Of a DNA stretch of 64,000 bases, positions 1 to 9,000 are shown in pieces. Position 1 is the first letter of the stretch. Each line of letters opens with the position of its first letter. The stretch is taken from the NCBI GenBank assembly GCA_048538235.1, contig JBLYPX010000001.1, forward strand, positions 594,136 to 658,135. The letters run 5' to 3'. The notes beneath the pieces are model-generated. The model did not search any database, was not told the DNA's origin, and saw only the letters and a program-made list of their open reading frames with translations. The position numbers and the translations under genes were made by a program. This stretch comes from Candidatus Komeilibacteria bacterium (lineage in GTDB: Bacteria; Patescibacteriota; Patescibacteriia; UBA1558).

Positions 1-984
1 ATTACCACCATCACCAGGTTTGGTAGCTTGTCCATTTTGTCCGACCGCACCAGCTCCACCGCCACCACCATGATTATATGGAGAGGCATTAGTATTACTT
101 CCACCGCCAGCATATCCTTGACCTGCTGTACCAGCGATTTGCGCTGTAGTAATATTACCACCACCACTTCCTCCTACAGTACCTAATTGACCACTATTCC
201 AAGATCCGCCTCCACCACCACCTATGGCAATTAATGAACCAAACACAGAATTGCCACCAACTTCACCAGATGCTGTAAAATCTGGATAAACATTTATTGT
301 TCCAGCGCCCCCATCGCCAACAGTAACTATGTGTGTTCCACTAACTATAGATGAGGATGCTGAATGGAGAACACCTCCGCCACCTCCGCCACCTGCATGA
401 CGAGCTCCGCCTCCACCACCACCCGCAACTACTAAAACTTCAGCGGTAATATTTTCACCCGTACTAAAAGTTCCATCACCTGTAAAAGTATGAATACGAT
501 ATCCACTAACTGTAGATAATGTTCCACCAGCCTGTTTAACTGAAGCTGCATTACTATATGCGGATGCAGTGGGATTGCCATAATACATATATACAGTAGT
601 TCCAGAAGAAGGTACATAATCTATAACACCCCACAAATCTATACTAGTAGTTGTTGAATCTTCAATCCAATATCTAAGAACATTACCATTAATATCTGTA
701 AATCTTAAATCATCTAGATCTGATTGTAATTTACCGGCAGTTATTAAAGCACTTAAATCTACACCTGATAATATTTTTACTTGTACGTCTGTTTGAGCAG
801 AACCTGAATTAGATATTGCAATGGTCTGTCTATATGCCCAACCATCGTTATACCACTCAGCTTTTACTTTTTCTGGTTTATTAAAAATATATATAATGCC
901 TACAACTATAATAACAGCCACACTAAAGATTGTAGCGCCATATTTCCAATCTATATTTTTAATCTTTTTTATAATCCTTACCAT
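1..984 (-). CDS. DUF2341-domain, glycine-rich secreted/anchored surface protein (3'-truncated by window edge; absent from ORF track)
   Basis: ATG at 984, 2 nt after the TAG at 987. Manual translation is open to base 1: MVRIIKKIKNIDWKYGATIFSVAVIIVVGIIYIFNKPEKVKAEWYNDGWAYRQTI...DDLRFTDINGNVLRYWIE...YMYYGN (same N-terminal module as neighbours), then GYRIHTFTGDGTF...EVLVVAGGGGGG...GGGGGGGV, a Gly-rich domain. Confidence 0.9.
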   Translation of the reverse strand, partial: MVRIIKKIKNIDWKYGATIFSVAVIIVVGIIYIFNKPEKVKAEWYNDGWAYRQTIAISNSGSAQTDVQVKILSGVDLSALITAGKLQSDLDDLRFTDINGNVLRYWIEDSTTTSIDLWGVIDYVPSSGTTVYMYYGNPTASAYSNAASVKQAGGTLSTVSGYRIHTFTGDGTFSTGENITAEVLVVAGGGGGGARHAGGGGGGGVLHSASSSIVSGTHIVTVGDGGAGTINVYPDFTASGEVGGNSVFGSLIAIGGGGGGSWNSGQLGTVGGSGGGNITTAQIAGTAGQGYAGGGSNTNASPYNHGGGGGAGAVGQNGQATKPGDGGN

Positions 985-986
985 AA

Positions 987-3900
987 CTACTTAATATATA
1001 TTGATCCGTTGTTCATTGCTTCTTTAATTTGTTCAACTGTTAAAGCATAGTTATATATACGAATATCATCTAACTCTCCATTATAGTACCTACTACCAGC
1101 ATTCCCACCTATAACTAAATGGTCTAGACTTAAATTACTACTCCAAGAACTTGAATTAGTTTCATACCCATCCTGAAATATTGTATAAGTAGTTCCTGAC
1201 CTACTAACAGCTACGTGATGCCACCCAGTATCAACCCAATCAGACCCATAGAGTGTCTTATAATTTGGTGATGTGTCCCAATGATGATACCACAATGGTT
1301 TGCCAGCGTGCGTTGGGTATAGCGTATAAGCGGATTGACTATTGTTATCAGACATCATAGGTTCAAAAGTGTGAGATAAATTATCAATATATGCCCAACC
1401 CGTAAAAGTAAAATCTTGTGTATATGCTATCGAGACTCCAACTACGTCAACATAACCATCCGTACCATCAAAATCTAACCCACCCCCATACTTACCACTA
1501 ATCCAGTCTGTGCTTGGATTCATAAGGGTTAAGGTTCCAGATTTGCCATTACCAGAAATATCTATAGCCGTAACACCTTCATTATCATCTAACGGCCACC
1601 AACCAATTGGTTTGCCACCATTATAGTCATAAGCAATTTGAGCTGCTGATCGCACGTAATTAAATATTTTTACCTCGTCAATGGAGCCATCAAATAAATC
1701 ATTGATATTATATCCTGCACCAATTCTATCAATGCCAGAATTTGTGGTATAACCTATCGTGCCTGTAGCATCTTGCATACCATCAACATAGACAACAATA
1801 GCTCCAGTGCTTTGATTATGGGTAGCAACTATTTGATGCCACAACCCATCATTAATAGTTGTTGCGCCAGTAACACTCTGCCAACTACCAGAATAATGAT
1901 TATATCTTGCCTTTCCACCATGCACACCAAATCCTAGAAAAACACCGCCCGTACTGTCCCCAACAATATTCAAAGCAGCATCGCCCGCATAAGATGCCGT
2001 ACTATCAGTATTAGTAGTTTTCATCCAAGATTCTATTGTTACACCCGTGGGAACTGTAAAACGTGTCATTGTCACATAATCTCCGCTACGATCAAAATCT
2101 AGAGCCCAGCCCGGGTGACCTAAACCATAAACTGCACCAACTATTGTCCCTGTATGGTTGTTACTAGAAACATCTTGAAGACTACTACCACTACCTTCCT
2201 CAAAATTCCAATAAGCTATAGGTGCGGTACCACCAAAACCACCTGCATCCCAAGTTTCAGATGATTCTTTTTGTTTGCCTAAGGAAACTTGTCCACCCAT
2301 ATTATATTCTTGACGTACCTGTTCAGGCGATAAAGTGTAATTAAAAATCTTAAATTCATCTAAATACCCTTTCATGTCTCTACCTTCGTACCCTCCAACC
2401 TCTGAGAATGTTTCACTGGTCCCACCAGACACACTTGTATCAACCCAACTTAATTCCCCATTAATGAAATGCCTAACCACAACACCATCCCAAGTTGTAA
2501 CAACATGAGTCCACTCATTATAAGGAATTGTACCGGTATTATTGCACCTCCAATAATCATTATCAAAGCTGTAAGAGAAAAAACACACCTGAGTAGACAC
2601 TATTTCCCAATAATTTCTCAACATGGAGTGCCTACTATCTCCGCCACTCAAATTATATACCCAAGTTGCTAAAGAAAAATTCTCCATAGGCGAAACATCT
2701 ACAATATTCACCGAATCGTCATTTGTGCCATCAAAATATATAGAGCCCCCCAGCCTTGCTAAGTCCTTCCACTCCACACCGATTACACTAACAGCACTGC
2801 CAACCCCATAATCATACGTTGTGCCACCACTTTTTTCATCAAATTTTAAATGTCTGATTGGATGATTATTTTCATCACCATACATATCCCATAAAATTTG
2901 TTCTTGAGTGCGAGCATAATTATAAATCTTAAAATCATCTAAATTAGCAACTAAATAATTACCAGAACTCCTATAACCAATATTCCTTGGTGTAGAACCA
3001 TCTTGTAAAACAGCAACTCCTGTAGTAGCTATTGGTCCAAAATTCTTAATACCATCTAAATATCCACTAATATATGTCCCGTCCCATACAAAAGAAACGT
3101 GGTGCCAATTTAAATCTGTAAAAGATCCTTGAGAAAAATGAGAACCAGTAGTATTACCTCCTGAACCATCGAACCAAGCGCCATCACTTAAGTCTATTCC
3201 TAATTCACCCGTATAATGGGCTATCCAAGTTGATGCTTCTTGTATATATACCTGCTCATAAACAGAAGTTGGGTCGTGATTCCACTTAACCCAAAAAGTC
3301 CAGGTGCCTTGTCTTGCACCATTCATATTATTACTAGCTAAAGTTATATAATCATTACCATCAAAATTTAAAGATGAACCATATTTACCAAGCTCCCAAG
3401 TTGGATCACCAGCAAAGGAAGTACTATTGTGTCCATTACCAGAATGATCAAATAGTGTTGTTCCTGTATTTTCTTCAAATGTCCAATTTACAATTGGTGG
3501 TGGTCCAGTTTTATAATCCCTCATAATCTGTTCTCCTGTACGTGCTACATTATAAATTTTTACATCGTCAATTTTCCCAGGGAAATAACTACCCAAAGCA
3601 CAAGATGCTCCTGCCTCTGAACCGATACAAAGAGGTACAGTACTTGTTTTTATTGTCCCGGCCTTTGTATAAACATCCTTTAAATCACCATCAACATATA
3701 ATTTTATATCATTACCATCATAAGTACCAACTGCATGGTACCATTGATTATTATTCAAATTACTAACAGGCCATACTGCTGGACGATATGTATCACCATC
3801 AACATAAATTAAAAAACATAAATAATCAGAGCCACATGCACTATTTTCATTTAAACTAAGCTGATAACCACTACTCTCTGTTTTAGATATAATTCGACTA

Positions 3901-5912
3901 GTTGCGGACTTATTGGTTGTATTAAACCACGCCTCAACAGTAATCGCATCCGTTGGCTTAATAATAGAGTTATCTGCAATTGTAATATAGTCACTAACGG
4001 TTCCATTAAAGCTTCTTCCATTACCATATTTACCCACTACAACTGTTGTGCCGGTTACAGTACCAGTGTTTCCATTTCCGGAAGAATCCAAAACGCTTCC
4101 CGAAGCTTCATCCATATTCCAATAGCCAACTAAACCAACACTGTTATTCTGTTGCTGACCACCCCCAAATGATGCTCCTACGCTAGATGGTGAACCTGAT
4201 TGACTAGCCGCATAATCAGCCTTTACCTGCGTAGCTGTTCTTTCATAATCATAAATTTTAACCTCATCCATAAAACCATTAAACCAGACTCCGTATCCTG
4301 GCTGATATTGTTGAGTTCCAATATAACGAAGTACAAAATCAGCTGTATCGCTATTCGCAGAAGCTTGCGAAGCAAAACTACCATCTACATACAATTTTGA
4401 TAAAGATGCTCCAAATGTCAATTCGTAATGATGCCACTGACCATCATCGATATCAATACCTGTTGGAAAAACATATGACCATATATTATTAGTATATGAT
4501 TCTACTCTAATTCCATCAGTTGCAGTAACTTCAATTTGTCCATTTGATGCATTACGCACCCTACTAAACAATCCTTGTTTTTGTGCTTCAAACCTTCTCA
4601 TCCACCAACCTATACTCCAATCTTGCGAATCAACAACAACATTAGAAGCTAATGCAACGTCATCATTTACTCCATCAAAATGTAAGCACTTTCCTGAAAT
4701 ACACATATCTTCTGTTTGCCAAGCAACACCATTTACTAAAGACCCATCATTACTCGTTGAAACACTGCTGCTAGTGGAGACACCATAACCTTCATCAAAT
4801 TTCCAATAAGCTATTGGAGATGGGCCCTTTTCCTCAGAAGTCGGAGAGCTAGCAGAAGGTTCAGTGGCAGCATATTTTCTTACTAAGAAAAACTCCCAAT
4901 AAGCTCCTGTGGCAGTCTCTTTATTATCCACAGAAACACCCACCTTACCACTTGAGAAACTAGAATCAGTTGCAACTGATGTTGCAGCATTAGCGTTTAG
5001 AGTTTGAGAAGTTCCATTTAAAGTCCACTTCAAATCATACCAAGTACTAGTACTACACGCTAAAGTATCTTTATCTAAATTTGTCCAAGTACCTGACACC
5101 CTTTTACCAATATGAGTTTCACCACCTGGACTCCACGCTTCAAGTCCTGCTATGTATAAGTTATTATCATCTGTATATCTAGCGACCAAACTTTTACCAA
5201 AAGATGAGCCACAACTAGTTGGCTTCATCTTTGATTCAATCACACCATTATCAAAAGATGAACTACTATCTATAGTGTAAGTTGGCCAATTGTTTGTTGG
5301 CTCCAAAGTGTTGGAATGATATAGCTGTCCTCCTGTTACGGTAAACCCCGTTCCTGTACCAGTCCATGTAACATCTGTTAGACCGGCATCTTCAAAATCG
5401 TCAAAATAAATAAAAACATTACTACCTTCTTCTGCGTTAACAGCAGAAGGATTGTCATAATATAAATAAAGCGTTGTGGCTGTAGTTGGAATGGAGGATA
5501 ATTTTACCCATATTTCTGTAGATGAAGTATTACAAGTTGCATCTTCAACCCAATAAGGTAAAACATTACCATTTATATCTGTTAACCTTATATCGTCACA
5601 ATCTGATTGTAACTTACCAGCTGTTACCAATGCTGCAGTATCGGCTGTAATCACAACTTGAAAATCTGTTTGTGCAGATCCGCCATTTGTTATAGTAATT
5701 GTTTGTCTATACCTCCAACCATCATTCCACCATTCAGCTTCAACAGCAGCAGGTTTATTAAAAATATATATAATTCCTACTACAATAATAATAGCTATAC
5801 CAAAAATAGTAGCACCATACTGCCATCGTATTTTTTTTAACCTTTGTATTAAAGAGAAGGAACTAATATGTTCTTTATAATTATTTATTATTTTTAATAC
5901 AGTTTTAAGCAT
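987..5912 (-). CDS. DUF2341 + six LamG-like (ConA/laminin G3) domain surface protein, 1641 aa
   Basis: N-terminal hydrophobic helix, then WWNDGWRYRQTI...DIRLTD...LPYWVE...YLYYDN (DUF2341-like) and a YFDDFE jelly-roll segment. Six units begin PIAYWKFDE, LVGYWNMDE, PIVNWTFEE, PIRHLKFDE, PIAYWNFEE and PIGWWPLDD and end with G.[IML]D[DE]..I[YF][ND]. Confidence 0.85.
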   Translation of the reverse strand: MLKTVLKIINNYKEHISSFSLIQRLKKIRWQYGATIFGIAIIIVVGIIYIFNKPAAVEAEWWNDGWRYRQTITITNGGSAQTDFQVVITADTAALVTAGKLQSDCDDIRLTDINGNVLPYWVEDATCNTSSTEIWVKLSSIPTTATTLYLYYDNPSAVNAEEGSNVFIYFDDFEDAGLTDVTWTGTGTGFTVTGGQLYHSNTLEPTNNWPTYTIDSSSSFDNGVIESKMKPTSCGSSFGKSLVARYTDDNNLYIAGLEAWSPGGETHIGKRVSGTWTNLDKDTLACSTSTWYDLKWTLNGTSQTLNANAATSVATDSSFSSGKVGVSVDNKETATGAYWEFFLVRKYAATEPSASSPTSEEKGPSPIAYWKFDEGYGVSTSSSVSTSNDGSLVNGVAWQTEDMCISGKCLHFDGVNDDVALASNVVVDSQDWSIGWWMRRFEAQKQGLFSRVRNASNGQIEVTATDGIRVESYTNNIWSYVFPTGIDIDDGQWHHYELTFGASLSKLYVDGSFASQASANSDTADFVLRYIGTQQYQPGYGVWFNGFMDEVKIYDYERTATQVKADYAASQSGSPSSVGASFGGGQQQNNSVGLVGYWNMDEASGSVLDSSGNGNTGTVTGTTVVVGKYGNGRSFNGTVSDYITIADNSIIKPTDAITVEAWFNTTNKSATSRIISKTESSGYQLSLNENSACGSDYLCFLIYVDGDTYRPAVWPVSNLNNNQWYHAVGTYDGNDIKLYVDGDLKDVYTKAGTIKTSTVPLCIGSEAGASCALGSYFPGKIDDVKIYNVARTGEQIMRDYKTGPPPIVNWTFEENTGTTLFDHSGNGHNSTSFAGDPTWELGKYGSSLNFDGNDYITLASNNMNGARQGTWTFWVKWNHDPTSVYEQVYIQEASTWIAHYTGELGIDLSDGAWFDGSGGNTTGSHFSQGSFTDLNWHHVSFVWDGTYISGYLDGIKNFGPIATTGVAVLQDGSTPRNIGYRSSGNYLVANLDDFKIYNYARTQEQILWDMYGDENNHPIRHLKFDEKSGGTTYDYGVGSAVSVIGVEWKDLARLGGSIYFDGTNDDSVNIVDVSPMENFSLATWVYNLSGGDSRHSMLRNYWEIVSTQVCFFSYSFDNDYWRCNNTGTIPYNEWTHVVTTWDGVVVRHFINGELSWVDTSVSGGTSETFSEVGGYEGRDMKGYLDEFKIFNYTLSPEQVRQEYNMGGQVSLGKQKESSETWDAGGFGGTAPIAYWNFEEGSGSSLQDVSSNNHTGTIVGAVYGLGHPGWALDFDRSGDYVTMTRFTVPTGVTIESWMKTTNTDSTASYAGDAALNIVGDSTGGVFLGFGVHGGKARYNHYSGSWQSVTGATTINDGLWHQIVATHNQSTGAIVVYVDGMQDATGTIGYTTNSGIDRIGAGYNINDLFDGSIDEVKIFNYVRSAAQIAYDYNGGKPIGWWPLDDNEGVTAIDISGNGKSGTLTLMNPSTDWISGKYGGGLDFDGTDGYVDVVGVSIAYTQDFTFTGWAYIDNLSHTFEPMMSDNNSQSAYTLYPTHAGKPLWYHHWDTSPNYKTLYGSDWVDTGWHHVAVSRSGTTYTIFQDGYETNSSSWSSNLSLDHLVIGGNAGSRYYNGELDDIRIYNYALTVEQIKEAMNNGSIYIK

Positions 5913-6011
5913 TTATACTATAAAAAAAGCCACGTTAAAAAAAGCTTTAACATGGCCCTCAAATTTTACTTTTACGGTCTATATTATAACAGAAAAATAT
6001 CGTTTTGTGTA
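5913..6011 (-). promoter_or_regulatory. Extended -10 sigma70-type promoter plus conserved ~65-nt leader (copy 1)
   Basis: Minus strand TG-T-TATAAT at 5991-5983; TACACA 17 nt upstream (6011-6006). Sequence is homologous to 23891-23988. Confidence 0.7.
5922..5956 (-). terminator. Intrinsic terminator-like hairpin inside the 5' leader (attenuator candidate)
   Basis: RNA GCCAUGUUAAA-GCUUUU-UUUAACGUGGC (11 bp, one U-G) followed by U7, ending 9 nt before the ATG at 5912. Confidence 0.65.
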
Positions 6012-6023
6012 TAAAACGATATT
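5993..6023 (-). terminator. Probable terminator of the 23890-6049 unit, overlapping the next -35 region
   Basis: Perfect 11-bp inverted repeat aatatcgtttt (5996-6006) / aaaacgatatt (6013-6023), followed by U residues on the minus strand, 25 nt after the stop at 6049. Confidence 0.55.
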
Positions 6024-6048
6024 CTTTAAAATTATTTTAAATATAATG

Positions 6049-9000
6049 CTATTTAAAGTGTATTAATCCTTGATTATACACCTCTTTTATTTGTTTATCT
6101 GACAAAACATAATTATATACACGTATATCGTCTAATAGGCCATGCCAAAACCTTTGATCGCCAAGCAAATAACTAGATATAACTAAACTATCACCATTTG
6201 AAACGGTACCTAAAGAACTTATATCTGCTTGGCCTTGATACGCGCCATCAATGTATAATTTCATGTAACCATCTCTATCAAATGTTGCTGAAGCATGATG
6301 CCATTGGTTGTCATCGTAATCATTGATAGAATAAACATAAACCATAGTTGTGCCGTCATCAATGGTGGCCTCAATCCTATCACTACTATCAAGTCCCATA
6401 CCCCACCCCCTTTTTGAGGTTCCGTCCCACCACCAATGCGTACCCTTATTTATTATAGTATCTCTGTCATCGCCACCTGTTGATTTAAACCATGCAGCTA
6501 AACTAAAATCCTTATCTGTATCGAAATCATATAAAGATTGATCGCCTATATTTATCCAGTCATTTCCATCAAAAGAAGCGCATCCACTCTGTTTACACAA
6601 AGAAGTATCTGTAACCCACGTAATATCTCCTGACTCTGTTCCGTTATATCCCTCACCAGAACTATCACAAACATCTTTACCATCTGAACATAAATTATCT
6701 GCACCCTCATCAAAACGCCACCAACCAATAGGTTTACCACCATTATAATCCATCATTACTTCAGCTTGTGTAATTGGTCTATTATACATTTTTATACTAT
6801 CCAATTTACCCTTCCATTCATCCCAAGCCCCATCATCTCTTAATCCTATCCTTAAAAATCCTGCACTTGTTCCAGATGGTGAAGCATAACTCTGTTGATT
6901 AACTAATCTACCATTTTTGTAAAAATATGAGGTGCCGCCGTCTAAAACCCAAGCAATATGTTGCCAATCATCATAAGTGGCGGTAGTGCCAAAGTCAATA
7001 ATAGGATTCCATACTGTACCGTTACCAGTATATCCTCTAAAACCATCTGGATTGCCTCCATTATTCTTAAATACTCCTATTTCCCATGTTACATCTTGGC
7101 CAATTATAAACGGCAGTGCGCCTGATACACTAGAGTCTAAGTATACCCAACCAGAAAAACTCACATCTCCTCCACTAGTTCCATTAGAATAAGGGTCTAA
7201 GCTGCTTGGTAAATTTACATAATCATTGCTACCATCAAAATTTAGACATCTCCCCTCATGACAAGCTTCAGCACCCTTCCATTCAGGACTACCGCTTGGC
7301 GTACCATTATACCCATTACCACTCCTATCTAAATAAACACCTCCACTATACTGATCGAAGTCCATGTCTAATACAGGAGCTGTTGAAATACTTGACCCCG
7401 TATCACGAACCCATATATTTAAAATACTCTCTCTTGTCCCACAACCCTGTCCTGTTGGAGCTCGATTGTATCCAGGTTGTAAATTATGCAATTCATTAGT
7501 TGTACCTGTTCCAAAAACTATCAAATTACCATAACCCCAATAATGTAATGCAAGTCCATTTGTGATTCCACCGCCACAAGACGTGCCAGTATAGTATGCT
7601 AATTTATTATTAGTACTTGAAGGCCACGGATCATACTTATAACCAACCGTTCCAGTTACATATAAGTCTTCATCAGTAATTCCCAAATCATTGTACTTAT
7701 GAAAATATGTATCTGACGCCCACTTAAATCTATCACTAATAAGTGCAGACAAGCCTCCAGCAGATGATCCGGTATCGTATTCATAACCATCTCCGTATAA
7801 AGGATATTTCCATTCCCACTTAGATTCTGTCCAAGAAGTTATTAAATTGTTTTGGATATTAAAAGAACCATCATAATCTGGGCCACTTACTGTACCCCAC
7901 CCAACGCCATTTGAATTATCTAAAATATCATTACGATTATCCTTATCATAAATATGTGAAACAAGGGTCCAACCACCTCCATCGGTTGTCATGTCGCAAT
8001 ACACCTCAAAGGCATCATCAATTGATCCGCCTGTTGTATCTATCCAATACACACCGTCACCTGCTTGTGAATTCTTGGCTAAAATATCTGCGCAAGATGC
8101 ACCGGGCGTTGTTTTTTCGCCAGCACTATTTGTTCTACCAAACTGACCTTTAGATTGAATAAAGTCCTGGTGAACCTCATCTGCTGTTAAAGCATAATAA
8201 TACGCCTTAACTTCATCTATTTTTCCATTAAAAAACTCTGTCCACGCAGGAGATGAACTATACCTACCACCTACTGTAAACTTACCAGAAAAATTTGAAT
8301 ATGATGTTAAAACACTTGAAGAAGCGGCTTCACTTTTTGCAAGAATACCATCTTTATATAAATACCAAGTACCGTTATCAAAAACCCAACCCAGATGATA
8401 CCATCTATCTTTCTCTAAAACAGTCGTATCTGAAAAATCATACCAAGTTGCTCCATCAGAATAATATACTAATGGATAATCATTTAATGTTTGTGTATTA
8501 AAAGCTTCTGAAACCGCTACTATCTTATGGCTACCAGATTGATCTGCTTCTCTTTTTACCCAGTAGGTCATAGACATTTCTGGAGCGCCACTTATTGCTC
8601 CAAAATCATAATAAACAGCGTCAGATGTTCCATTAAAATCCAAACAAAAGCTATTTACACACTCTGCCATTGGTTTCCAGGTTGGCGTACTTAGAGTACC
8701 ATTATATGCTGGATATGATTTATCATATGTTGTTGTACCGCCACCCTCATCAAAAGACCAGTTAATAAATGGATTTGTCTTACCATTACTCATTTCCATA
8801 GATATTTCACGTTGTGTTAAAGCGCGATCAAATATTTTAGGTTCGTCAATATAGCCATATATAGTATATTGAGCCGTACCGGTCACGCCCCCCACTTGAA
8901 CAGTTATGCCATCATCCCAAGTCCAATTAGTCAAAGTGCCACCACCATCATATATTCCATTCAAATAAAAGGAAATGCTATCACCATTTGTAACCATAGA

